A stretch of 44,697 nucleotides of DNA from Thermoanaerobaculia bacterium (GTDB lineage: Bacteria > Acidobacteriota > Thermoanaerobaculia > Multivoradales > JAHEKO01): NCBI GenBank assembly GCA_033720955.1, contig JAWWBN010000003.1:1-44697 (forward strand), in the 5' to 3' direction. Numbering within the stretch: position 1 is the stretch's first letter; every line of letters starts with the position of its first letter. A program made the translations under genes and the position numbers. A model generated the notes under the pieces. That model was not told where the DNA came from and did no database searches. It was given only the letters and a program-made list of their open reading frames with translations. Below, piece by piece: positions 36,019 to 44,697 of this stretch.

Positions 36019-36891
36019 CTACTCCTCGCCCTCCTGGCCGCCCATGAGACCGGCCGAGTTGTAGTGGAGCACGACCAGGATGCGGTCGGAGTGCCGGGAG
36101 AAGTCGAAGTTGGTCCTCATCGTCTCCATCCACTCCTTGCGGTCTTCCTCGGACATGGCGGCCATGTTGGCTTCTTCGGCGGCCAGCAGGTCGTCCATGT
36201 CGCCCAGATCGCTCATCGCCACGTAGCCGGAGATCCGGTTCATGGCTCCTTCGGCGTGGATCTCCGAGACCATCGCACCGTGCCCGATGATCTTGCCGTC
36301 GGCGACCAGCTTGTCCATCATGGGCGCCCGCCTCTTCCTGTACAGGTCGCCCAGCCCGCCGACGGCCTGCATGCTCTGCGCATCGAAGTAGCTGACCAGG
36401 ATGTAGCCCGGACGCTGGTCCACGTCACCGGCGACGTGAACGAAGCGGGAGATCTCGTCGTAGTGCGAGCCGTGCACGGTGAGCTCGTCCCACGTGGCCT
36501 GGTCCGCCGCCATCTCCTCCGGCGTCTTGGCCCCCATGGCGGCCATGAACCGCGAGACGAACTCGTTGACGCCGGCCCAGCTCGTGAAGCTCACCCACTC
36601 GAGGTGAGTCCAGTCGTCGCCGGGAAAGTGGTTGACCCCCTGGGCCACGCCCCAGGAGATGGCGTGCCCGTCGGCCAGCAGGCCGTCGTAGATCTTGCCG
36701 CCCTCGGTGGCGATGTGGCGTCCCAGCTCGCCCGACTTGCCCGGCTCGGCCGTGATGTAGGACACCCAGAGGATGGGCATGGTCTCCGGCTCCGCCTCCT
36801 CGTGGCTCGCCGCCGGCGCCGGCGCCGGCAGAAGCATCAGACAGACCAGGGCGAGAGCCAGAAGCAGTTCCGACCGCGCGATTCTTCCCAT
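36019..36891 (-). CDS. Secreted hypothetical protein, probably two NIPSNAP-like (dimeric alpha/beta barrel) repeats
   Basis: Signal peptide; internal duplication YDGLLADGHAISWG / MDKLVADGKIIGHG, each followed by H.D.I. Confidence 0.7.
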   Translation of the reverse strand: MGRIARSELLLALALVCLMLLPAPAPAASHEEAEPETMPILWVSYITAEPGKSGELGRHIATEGGKIYDGLLADGHAISWGVAQGVNHFPGDDWTHLEWVSFTSWAGVNEFVSRFMAAMGAKTPEEMAADQATWDELTVHGSHYDEISRFVHVAGDVDQRPGYILVSYFDAQSMQAVGGLGDLYRKRRAPMMDKLVADGKIIGHGAMVSEIHAEGAMNRISGYVAMSDLGDMDDLLAAEEANMAAMSEEDRKEWMETMRTNFDFSRHSDRILVVLHYNSAGLMGGQEGEE

Positions 36892-37029
36892 GAGAGATCT
36901 CCTCGGACGTACGCCGACCCGGGAGGGGGCGGCGCGGTTCAGCAGGAAAGGCCGGGCAACGGGACCCCGGCCCGAGAACGGATTGTCGATGATCTTACCA
37001 GATTCCGGCGGGGTGGGGTCGTCCCCGGG

Positions 37030-38937
37030 CTACCTGTCCGCCCTGCCGGTGTAGGCCCCGCCGGTCAGCACCGAGAAGCCGTTGTAGAGCACCAGCGGAC
37101 CCGCGGCGTGATGGGTGACGTCGCCGCCGTTGCCGACCACGAAGTCGCCGGCGCCGGTCACGTTCCCCGCCCGCAGCTCGCCGCAGCCGCGCACCGGGGC
37201 CTGTACGGTGGTGACGGTGGCGCTCTCCTGCACCAGCGGATCGGTGGCGTCGCAGCTCACCCGCTCCATGGCCCGCTCGGCGCTCCACGGGCCGGGGCAG
37301 GTGGCCTCCAGCGCCCGCACCTTCCAGGTGTAGCCGGGGCCCACGGAGAGGGTCGGCGAGCTGGGCTGGACCTGGCACAGGGCGCCGGCGCAGGTCGACC
37401 CGGCGGCGTAGGGCGGCGCGGGGGTGAGAGCCTGCGGCGAGCCGTCCTCGCGCACTTCGAGCTCGTAGTCGCTGGCGCCGGGCACCGACGACCAGCGGTA
37501 GACCGGGTCGCCGATCACCAGCTCGCCCGAGGGCGAGTTGGCGGAGGGCGCCGTGGCCGGCGGCACGGTGAAGCCCTGCGAGGCGCTCCAGGGGGCCTCG
37601 CACGGGTTGAGCGCCCGGACCTTCCAGGTGTAGACGTCGCTGGCCAGGGACAGCCCGGGCGACGCGGTGCAGACCGATCCGGCGCAGACGGCGCCGGCGG
37701 CGTAGGTCTGGTCGTGGACGGTGCCGCCCCCCGACAGCTCCACCAGCAGCCGGTAGGAGGTGGCCCCGGCGATCTCCCCCCAGGTGAAGGAGGGGGTGTT
37801 CCCCCCCTGGCAGCCGGCCGGCGCGGTCAGGGTGGTCACGGGGCCGGTCGGGCTGGTGGCGACGGTGTAGCTGGCCACCGCGCTCCAGGGGCCGAAGCCG
37901 CCGGGATTGCGGCCCCGGACCCGCCACTGGTGGGCCCCGTCGCCGTGGGCCAGGGGGCTGGCCAGGGAGCAGTCGTTGTCCGGGCTCGAGTCGGGCTGGC
38001 AGAGGTCGGGCTCGCCGGCTCGGAAGTCCACCTCCTGGAGCCACTCCCGCCAGGCGCCGCTGTCGATGTCGATCTCGTAGAAGGTGGCGTGCTCCCCCGC
38101 CCCCTTGGTGAAGTCGAAGGTGGGTGGATCGCCGCAGAAGGCCGCCCCGCCGGCCGGCGTCAGCACGGTGGGCGCGGCCGGCTTGGGAGAGGCGGTCATG
38201 GTCTCGAAGAAGCGCAGCCCCAGCATGTCGAAGCCGTCGTTGCCCGGGTGGCCCACCACGCACTTCTCGTTGTAGTGGAGGGAGAAGCAGGTGGTCTCGC
38301 TGTGGCCGTGGCGGTCGGTCCCCGCCGGGCAGAGCTCGCTGGCCTGGTCGGCGAAGTAGCGGTTCCGCGCCGCGGTGTAGGAGATGATCTCGGTCCGGAG
38401 GTTGGTGACCCAGGTCTTGGCCCAGTTCTTCACGCCTCCCTGGGTGCACGAGGCGGGTCTCTGGGTGGCGTCGGAGACCCAGGGGTGGAACTGGATCACC
38501 GAGGCGTGCAGGACGTCCACCCCCACCTCGATGGCGTCTTCGTCCATCGCCAGCAGGTTGGCCTTGATGGCGCTGATGGGGCGGCCGTTGAAGATGTCGT
38601 TGGTCCCCTCCATCAGGAGGACCAGGTCCCAGGTCTGGCCGGCGGGCGGGTTGGGCAGGACGGTGTCCCTCAGCCGGGTGATGCCGCCGGAGGTCTCCTC
38701 GGCCGCCAGCCCCCGGTTGTGGAGGGAGCAGGTGTCGGGAGCGCACCAGCCGGAGGCGCTCAGACTCGCGGCGAGCTGCTGCTGGTAGTCGTAGGGCGAC
38801 ACCTGGGGGCAGCAGCTCCCCTGGGTGATGCTGTCGCCGAAGGCGGCCACGGTGAAGTCGTCCGCCGTGGCGGGGCTCGCCGCGAGAGCCGCCAGCAGGC
38901 CGGCCGCAAGGGTCGCTCCGAGAAGCCCGCTCCTCAC
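37030..38937 (-). CDS. Secreted SGNH/GDSL hydrolase with three FN3-like repeats and a C-terminal beta-stack domain
   Basis: GTG 38937 overlaps the upstream stop. FGDSIT, NRG, EGTND and GHP; three repeats with WxVRxxN/E..PWS. Confidence 0.82.
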   Translation of the reverse strand: MRSGLLGATLAAGLLAALAASPATADDFTVAAFGDSITQGSCCPQVSPYDYQQQLAASLSASGWCAPDTCSLHNRGLAAEETSGGITRLRDTVLPNPPAGQTWDLVLLMEGTNDIFNGRPISAIKANLLAMDEDAIEVGVDVLHASVIQFHPWVSDATQRPASCTQGGVKNWAKTWVTNLRTEIISYTAARNRYFADQASELCPAGTDRHGHSETTCFSLHYNEKCVVGHPGNDGFDMLGLRFFETMTASPKPAAPTVLTPAGGAAFCGDPPTFDFTKGAGEHATFYEIDIDSGAWREWLQEVDFRAGEPDLCQPDSSPDNDCSLASPLAHGDGAHQWRVRGRNPGGFGPWSAVASYTVATSPTGPVTTLTAPAGCQGGNTPSFTWGEIAGATSYRLLVELSGGGTVHDQTYAAGAVCAGSVCTASPGLSLASDVYTWKVRALNPCEAPWSASQGFTVPPATAPSANSPSGELVIGDPVYRWSSVPGASDYELEVREDGSPQALTPAPPYAAGSTCAGALCQVQPSSPTLSVGPGYTWKVRALEATCPGPWSAERAMERVSCDATDPLVQESATVTTVQAPVRGCGELRAGNVTGAGDFVVGNGGDVTHHAAGPLVLYNGFSVLTGGAYTGRADR

Positions 38938-39986
38938 TGCGGCGGCCCCCAGGGCGCCACGGCGTCGATCGCGGCCTCGCCGAGCACCCCCGCCGGCCAG
39001 ATGGCCCGGGGAGCGTCCGGGTCGAGAAGATCCACCAGCGGGGGCACGGCCGGTGTGCCCGAGATCACGGAGTGCCGCCCCGCCGCGCCGGCCGCGCCCA
39101 CCTCCTGGACGACCCAGGCGGCCCGCTCCGCCTCCCGGTAGACCAGCGCCAGACCCTGCGCCCCGGCCAGGAAGTAGGGCCGGTGCGATCCCTTGCGGCC
39201 GAAGGCGCCCGTGAGCGCCCACCCCCCGTTCGGCAGGAGCCGCGCCTGGCGCAGGCGGTAGTCCTGACCGTCGAAGGTGTTCCAGACCACCAGGGCGCCG
39301 CCGCCCCGGGTGGCCGCCACCGTCACCGCGTAGTCGGGCACCCGGTTGGGCGGGTTGAGCTGCGCCGGCGGCGACCAGCCCGCCTCGCCTCTCCGGCTCC
39401 AGAGGATCTCGGCGTCCCCCTCGAGGTCGTCGGCCGCCCAGACGGCCAGCCACGACCCGTCCTCCAGGACGGCGGCGGCGAGGCCGGTCTGCTGTCCCGT
39501 CGCCGGTGGCGAGACCTCCTCCGGACGGCCCCAGCCGGTGCCGGTCCAGGCGGCGGCCCAGACCGTCAGCTCGTCGTACCGGCCCCCCACCAGCCAGAGA
39601 AGGCCCGCGAGCTCGAGCCCCCGCATGACGGGGAGCGGCTGGCCGCGGGCGGCGCCGACGCGGGGCGGAAGCGCCGGCAGCTCCGAGAGGACCCCCTCCT
39701 TCGACTCCAGTAGATAGATCTCCTGGCCGGGGGGATCGGGGCGGACCCCCGCGGCGATCCAGCCCCTCCTCGTCGCGGCGAGCCGCTCGATCCCCGCCCC
39801 CGGGGGCAGCTCGACCGTCACGACCCGTCCGGCGGGCCCCTCGACCCAGGCCCCCTCCACCGTCTCGATCCAGGCGAGGGGCGCCGTCGAGTTGGGCGCC
39901 TGCGCCACCCGGATCGGCGCCTGGGCCCAGACGGACGCGGCGACCAGGCCCAGGAGCGGGCCGAGCAGCTTCGGCGAGGATCTCAT
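38934..39986 (-). CDS. Secreted hypothetical protein (Trp-rich, beta-propeller-like repeats)
   Basis: Signal peptide; repeated LxVW..D..I.W..W..P pattern; translationally coupled to the SGNH gene. Confidence 0.7.
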   Translation of the reverse strand: MRSSPKLLGPLLGLVAASVWAQAPIRVAQAPNSTAPLAWIETVEGAWVEGPAGRVVTVELPPGAGIERLAATRRGWIAAGVRPDPPGQEIYLLESKEGVLSELPALPPRVGAARGQPLPVMRGLELAGLLWLVGGRYDELTVWAAAWTGTGWGRPEEVSPPATGQQTGLAAAVLEDGSWLAVWAADDLEGDAEILWSRRGEAGWSPPAQLNPPNRVPDYAVTVAATRGGGALVVWNTFDGQDYRLRQARLLPNGGWALTGAFGRKGSHRPYFLAGAQGLALVYREAERAAWVVQEVGAAGAAGRHSVISGTPAVPPLVDLLDPDAPRAIWPAGVLGEAAIDAVAPWGPPQ

Positions 39987-40244
39987 CGTGACGGTCTCGA
40001 GGGTGGAAAGGGCGGAGAAGCTCCCGGCGAGAGGGCAATTCTACCAACCGGCCGTCCTCCAGCGGCCGATCGGCCCGCCAGCTTTGCAACCGCCGTGCCC
40101 GAAAAAAAATTACCGGCGGAAGAGAAGGAGGTTCCTCCCGCCGGTGTCGGGGAAGCTTCAGGGGAATGAAGCTGATCTAGACTCGTGCATCTATAGCCGG
40201 GCGTCTATGGAAGACGTCACAGCCGGGCCCGGGGGGTTTTCGCC

Positions 40245-40667
40245 ATGAGCGCCGACGAGATGGAGATCTTCAGCCACGACTGGTCGCTGGCGCTGGGCTC
40301 GGCGCTCAACGCCAGCGAGGCCTACCGGAAGGCCGCGGGAGATTGGGAGGGGTCGCTGGTCTTCGCCCTGCGGCGGCCGGAGGGGTCGGAGGAGATCGGA
40401 ACCTACCTCAACCTCGGCGGGGGCATCTGCCGCGAGGCGCGGCAGGCGACGCCGGGCGACGTCGAGGGAGCAGACTACCTGCTGCGCGCCGACGCCCGGA
40501 CCTGGCGCCGGCTGCTGGCCGGCGAGACCGACCCGATCTTCGCCATCATGACGGGCAAGCTGGAGCTGGCCCGTGGCGGGGTGGCGGGCCTGCTCCCCCA
40601 CGCCGCCGCCGCGCAGCAGCTCGTCCAGACCGCCGCCGCCCTGGGCGGCCGCTTCCCCGAGGCCTGA
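40245..40667 (+). CDS. SCP2 sterol/lipid-binding domain protein
   Basis: FSxxW..LN..Y..A..WEG and W..LL.GE.DP..AIM.GKL.L pattern. Confidence 0.8.
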   Translation: MSADEMEIFSHDWSLALGSALNASEAYRKAAGDWEGSLVFALRRPEGSEEIGTYLNLGGGICREARQATPGDVEGADYLLRADARTWRRLLAGETDPIFAIMTGKLELARGGVAGLLPHAAAAQQLVQTAAALGGRFPEA

Positions 40668-40670
40668 CCG

Positions 40671-41588
40671 TTGGCGACCCGGACCTTCCAGACCACCAGC
40701 CCCCGCGGCCTCGACCACGAGCTGCTGCCCATGCGGCTGTGGGCGAAGGCCAAGCGGCGGGGCGTCTGGGACCCGCGCGCGATCGACTTCTCCACCGACC
40801 GCCGGCAGTGGCCCGAGCTCACCGAGGAGGAGCGCGACCTGCTGCTGCGGCTGACCTCCCTCTTCCAGGCCGGCGAGGAGTCGGTCACCCTGGATCTGCT
40901 GCCCCTGATCGGGGTGATCGCCGCCGAGGGGCGGCTCGAGGAGGAGATCTACCTGACCTCCTTCCTCTGGGAGGAGGCCAAGCACGTCGAGCTCTTCCGC
41001 CGGTTTCTGGACGAGGTCGCGGGCGACGCCAGCGACCTGTCGCGGTACCACACGCCGAGCTACCGCACGATCTTCTACGACGAGCTCCCGGGCGCCATGT
41101 CGGCCCTGGCGGCGGACGCCTCGCCGGCCGCGGTGGCGCGGGCCTCGGTGACCTACAACATGATCGTCGAGGGGGTGCTGGCCGAGACCGGGTACCACGG
41201 CTACCAGCGGGCGCTGGAGAGACGCGGGCTGCTGCCCGGGATGCTCTCGGCGGTGAAGCTGCTGCGCGGCGACGAGGCGCGTCACCTGGCCTACGGGGTC
41301 TTCCTGCTCTCGCGTCTGGCGTGCGAGCACGGCGAGCCCGTCTGGGCGGCGATCGAGCGCCGCATGGCCGAGCTTCTGACCCCGGCGATGCAGGTCATCC
41401 AGGAGGCCTTCGCGGCCTACGAGGTGGTCCCCTTCGACCTCGACCTCGAGGAGTTCTCCCGGTTCGCGATGACCCAGTTCCAGAAGCGGATGACCCGGAT
41501 CGAGCGCGCCCGCGGCCGCACCCTCGACGAGGTGCTGCGGCAGGACGAAGACGGGGACGAGATCGACAGCGGCGAGCCGCCGTCGTAA
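40671..41588 (+). CDS. R2-like ligand-binding oxidase (R2lox, Mn/Fe ferritin-like)
   Basis: WDP..IDF..D, FQAGEESVTLDL, EEAKH, TYNMIVEGVLAETGY, DEARH. Confidence 0.92.
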   Translation: MATRTFQTTSPRGLDHELLPMRLWAKAKRRGVWDPRAIDFSTDRRQWPELTEEERDLLLRLTSLFQAGEESVTLDLLPLIGVIAAEGRLEEEIYLTSFLWEEAKHVELFRRFLDEVAGDASDLSRYHTPSYRTIFYDELPGAMSALAADASPAAVARASVTYNMIVEGVLAETGYHGYQRALERRGLLPGMLSAVKLLRGDEARHLAYGVFLLSRLACEHGEPVWAAIERRMAELLTPAMQVIQEAFAAYEVVPFDLDLEEFSRFAMTQFQKRMTRIERARGRTLDEVLRQDEDGDEIDSGEPPS

Positions 41589-41599
41589 TATCCCGCCCG

Positions 41600-41788
41600 A
41601 TGCCTCTGCACCGATCCCGCCGTCACCGGATCATCGGCGGCGTCTGCGGCGGTCTGGCCGACTGGCTGGGCTGGAGCCCGACCGCGACGCGGCTGGTCTA
41701 CGTCATCGTGTCGCTCGCGTCGGTCGCCTTCCCGGGGATCCTGGCCTACCTGATCCTCTGGATCGTCATGCCGCTCGAGCCCCGCTAG
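41600..41788 (+). CDS. pspC: PspC domain protein
   Basis: LHRSR..RIIGGVCGGLA..R..YLILWIVMP. Confidence 0.88.
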   Translation: MPLHRSRRHRIIGGVCGGLADWLGWSPTATRLVYVIVSLASVAFPGILAYLILWIVMPLEPR

Positions 41789-41807
41789 CTCCGGGGCCGG
41801 CCCACCG

Positions 41808-42962
41808 ATGTTCGGCCGCCGCTTCGAGCTCTTCCGGGTCTTCGGAGTGCCGCTGCGCATCGACCTCTCCTGGTTCGTCGTGGCGGCCCTGGTGGCCTGG
41901 TCGCTGGCCACCGGCTTCTTCCCCTCGACGGCCGAGGGGCTGGACGGCCGGACCTACTGGGCCATGGGGATCGTCGGGGCGGTGGCGCTCTTCGCCTCGG
42001 TGGTGCTGCACGAGCTGGCCCACGCCCTGGTCGCGCGCTCCTACGGCCTCCCCATCCGCGGCATCACCCTGTTCATCTTCGGCGGCGTGGCCGAGATGGA
42101 GCGCGAGCCCCCCAGCCCGGCGGCCGAGTTCGCCGTGGCCATCGCCGGGCCGCTGGCCAGCCTGGGGATCAGCGTCGTCTGCTTCGCCGCCTCGGCCCTC
42201 GGAGGCGACCTGGGCCTCGGCGGGCCGGCGGTGACGGTGCTCGGCTACCTGGCGGGCATCAACCTGATCCTGGTGGTCTTCAACATGGTGCCCGCCTTCC
42301 CCCTGGACGGCGGCCGGGTGCTGCGCTCGGCGCTCTGGCGGGCGCGCGACGACCTGCGCTGGGCCACCCGGGTGACCTCGATGATCGGCGGCGGCTTCGG
42401 CCTCTTCCTGATCGCGGTCGGGGTCTGGCGGGTGGTGGCCAACGGCGACCTCTTCGGCGGCCTCTGGATGTTCCTCATCGGCCTCTTCCTGCGCAACGCC
42501 GCCCAGATGTCGTACCAGCAGCTCCTGGTGCGGCGCAGCCTGGAGGGCGAGCCGGTGCGCCGCTTCATGGTGGACGACCCGGTCTCGGTGCCGCGGTCGA
42601 TCTCGGTGGAGGAGCTGGTGGAGCGCTACATCTACCGGCACCACCACAAGCTCTACCCGGTGGTGGACGGCGAGCGGCTGCTGGGCTGCGTCACCACCCG
42701 CGACGTCAAACAGTTGCCGCGCGAGGAGTGGACGCGCCAGAGCGTCGGCGCCATCGCCCGGCCCCTGACGGAGGAGAACTCGGTGAAACCCGAAACCGAC
42801 GCGATGGACGCGCTGGCCCAGATGCGGCGCACCGGCTTCTCGCGCCTGATGGTGGTCGAGGAGGGCCGGCTGCTGGGGATCATCACCCTCAAGGACATGC
42901 TGGACTTCCTCGCCCTCAAGGTCGAGCTGGAAGGGGCCCAGGCGGCCGGGGAGGCCGCATGA
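41808..42962 (+). CDS. Site-2 protease (M50) with a CBS pair
   Basis: HELAH, LFIFGGVA, AGP, FNMVPAFPLDGGR, two CBS domains. Confidence 0.93.
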   Translation: MFGRRFELFRVFGVPLRIDLSWFVVAALVAWSLATGFFPSTAEGLDGRTYWAMGIVGAVALFASVVLHELAHALVARSYGLPIRGITLFIFGGVAEMEREPPSPAAEFAVAIAGPLASLGISVVCFAASALGGDLGLGGPAVTVLGYLAGINLILVVFNMVPAFPLDGGRVLRSALWRARDDLRWATRVTSMIGGGFGLFLIAVGVWRVVANGDLFGGLWMFLIGLFLRNAAQMSYQQLLVRRSLEGEPVRRFMVDDPVSVPRSISVEELVERYIYRHHHKLYPVVDGERLLGCVTTRDVKQLPREEWTRQSVGAIARPLTEENSVKPETDAMDALAQMRRTGFSRLMVVEEGRLLGIITLKDMLDFLALKVELEGAQAAGEAA

Positions 42963-44521
42963 CCCGCGAGCGCTGGGGCACCCGCATCGGCCTGGTGCTG
43001 GCGATGGCCGGCAACGCCGTGGGGCTCGGCAACTTCCTGCGCTTCCCGGTGCAGGCGGCCGAGAACGGCGGCGGCACCTTCATGATCCCCTACTTCATCT
43101 CCTTCCTCCTGCTGGGGATCCCGCTCATGTGGATCGAGTGGACCATCGGCCGCTTCGGCGGCGCCCACGGCCACGGCTCCACCCCGGGCATGCTGGACGC
43201 CCTGACCGCCCGCCGGCGGGGGTGGGTCAAGTACTTCGGCGGCCTGGGTCTGCTGATGCCGCTGGTGGTCTTCTCCTACTACACCTACGTGGTCTCCTGG
43301 ATGCTGGCCATGAGCTTCTTCAGCCTCACCGGCCGCTACTTCGGCCTGGGCGAGATCGACAGCATGGCCGGCTTCCTGGTGTCGTACCAGGACGTGTTCG
43401 ACACCGCGGCCGGGGTGCCCGGATGGGCGACGGTGCTCTTCTTCGCCGTCACCTTCGGCTTCATCGCCTGGGTGCTGGCTCGGGGCATCAGCGGCGGCAT
43501 CGAGAAGCTCGCCCTCTACGGCATGCCCATCCTCTTCCTCTTCGCCTTCGTGCTCATGGCCCGGGTCCTCACCCTGCCGCCGGTCGAGGCCGCCCCGACC
43601 GACGGCCTGAACTTCATCTGGAACCCCGACTGGACGAAGCTGGGGGACGCCGGGGTCTGGCTGGCGGCGGCCGGGCAGATGTTCTTCACCCTCTCGGTGG
43701 GGATGGGGACCATCCAGTGCTACGCCTCCTACCTGCGCAAGAAGGACGACGTGGCGCTCACCGGCCTCTCCACCGCGGCCACCAACGAGTTCGCCGAGGT
43801 GGTGCTGGGCGGCACGATCGCCATCCCGGCGGCGGTGGTCTTCTTCGGCGTCACCCGCACCCGGGAGATCGCCGAGGGGGGCGCCTTCGACCTGGGCATC
43901 GTGGCCATGGGGGTGGTCTTCCAGGGCCTGCCCGGGCCGGAGCTGGTGGGACGGCTGGTGGCCTTCCTCTGGTTCTTCCTCCTCTTCATCGCCGGCATCA
44001 CCTCCAGCGTCGCCATGGCCAGCCCCGCCATCGCCTTCCTCCAGGACGAGCTGGGCATCAAGCGCCGGCAGGCCGCCACGGGCATCGCCGCCCTGGGCTT
44101 GTCGCTGGCCGCCTTCCACATGATCTTCTTCCGCTTCGGCGTGCTCGACGAGTGGGACTACTGGGCCGGGACCTTCGGGCTGGTGGTCTTCGCCACCGGC
44201 CAGGTGCTGCTCTTCTCCTGGGTCTTCGGCATCGGCCGCGGCTGGGAAGAGCTCCACCGGGGCGCCGACATCCGCGTCCCGTCCATCTTCCGGCCCGTCA
44301 TGAAGTGGGTCACGCCGGCCTTCCTGCTGATCCTGCTGGGCTGGTGGGGGGCCACCGAGGCCTTCCCCATCCTGCTCATGCGCGACGTCGAGGACCCGGA
44401 GACCCTCCCCTACCGCTGGGCCAGCCGCCTGCTCATGGTGGCCCTGGCGGCCGTCTGCGTGTGGCTCATCCGCAAGGCGTGGCGCCGCCGCGCCGTCATC
44501 GAGAGGGAGGCGAGGCCATGA
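42959..44521 (+). CDS. Sodium-dependent amino-acid transporter, NSS family (close LeuT-like)
   Basis: RERWGTRIGLVLAMAGNAVGLGNFLRFPVQAAENGGG, GQMFFTLSVGMG, NEFAEVVLGG, AGITSS. Confidence 0.95.
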   Translation: MTRERWGTRIGLVLAMAGNAVGLGNFLRFPVQAAENGGGTFMIPYFISFLLLGIPLMWIEWTIGRFGGAHGHGSTPGMLDALTARRRGWVKYFGGLGLLMPLVVFSYYTYVVSWMLAMSFFSLTGRYFGLGEIDSMAGFLVSYQDVFDTAAGVPGWATVLFFAVTFGFIAWVLARGISGGIEKLALYGMPILFLFAFVLMARVLTLPPVEAAPTDGLNFIWNPDWTKLGDAGVWLAAAGQMFFTLSVGMGTIQCYASYLRKKDDVALTGLSTAATNEFAEVVLGGTIAIPAAVVFFGVTRTREIAEGGAFDLGIVAMGVVFQGLPGPELVGRLVAFLWFFLLFIAGITSSVAMASPAIAFLQDELGIKRRQAATGIAALGLSLAAFHMIFFRFGVLDEWDYWAGTFGLVVFATGQVLLFSWVFGIGRGWEELHRGADIRVPSIFRPVMKWVTPAFLLILLGWWGATEAFPILLMRDVEDPETLPYRWASRLLMVALAAVCVWLIRKAWRRRAVIEREARP

Positions 44522-44640
44522 CCCCCTTCGCCCTGGGCTTCATGACCGTCAGCATGGTGGCGGTGACCGCTCTGGCCGGATTCTGCCTGCTGCGCATCGT
44601 GCGCGAGCCGGAGGATCCGCCGGGCGACGACGACGTGTAG
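44518..44640 (+). CDS. Small single-TM protein, probable NSS transporter small subunit (MetS-like)
   Basis: ATGA overlap with the transporter stop; MTPFALGFMTVSMVAVTALAGFCLLRI followed by an acidic tail; 40 aa. Confidence 0.65.
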   Translation: MTPFALGFMTVSMVAVTALAGFCLLRIVREPEDPPGDDDV

Positions 44641-44697
44641 GCCGGCGGCCGGCCCGCAGCCGGGAGCTCGGGGGTGCGGCGGCGACGCCGCCGCACC

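Noticed and set aside
1066-44661. Shared intergenic 11-mer ggcccgcagcc (1066 and 44651) as a REP-like element
   Set aside because: Only two short GC-rich copies with dissimilar flanks; compatible with chance.
1-44697. CRISPR array, rRNA, IS element or integrase
   Set aside because: No regularly spaced repeats, rRNA-like segments or recombinase/transposase motifs were seen; nearly all the sequence is accounted for by CDS.

Overview
High-GC DNA from a diderm bacterium (TonB-dependent receptor and TolC/RND present). The gene content is Acidobacteriota- or myxobacteria-like, which is an inference only. About 32 CDS and one tRNA; no CRISPR array, rRNA, transposase or integrase seen. (1) 1-18094 is a left-truncated, apparently uncharacterised isoprenoid/lipid-tailoring cluster: saccharopine-dehydrogenase-like reductase, hypothetical protein, polyprenyl synthase, PDS/ZDS-like flavoprotein, methyltransferase, kinase-ATPase-TPR regulator, geranylgeranyl-reductase-like enzyme, SnoaL/NTF2 protein, TonB receptor and a triple acetoacetate-decarboxylase-like protein. 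Two of its proteins share an unrecognised 60-aa helical module, and two genes carry single-base frameshifts that are probably sequencing errors. (2) Dynamin-like GTPase, alpha/beta hydrolase and tRNA-Arg(UCG), followed by a ~1 kb integrase-less islet bounded by a degenerate copy of the tRNA 3' end. The islet encodes a secreted tendamistat-like Cys-rich protein and is followed by a Tat-exported papain-like peptidase. (3) A Cus-type Cu/Ag RND operon headed by a leaderless Cys-rich ORF whose stop codon lies in a stem that can mask the next gene's Shine-Dalgarno (candidate metal-sensing arrest leader). (4) Accessory and housekeeping genes: PQQ-propeller fusion, YbjT, SSADH, SGNH-FN3 protein, SCP2-R2lox, PspC, S2P-CBS, and a LeuT-like transporter with a small subunit. 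All calls come from motif recognition by eye; no database searches were run.
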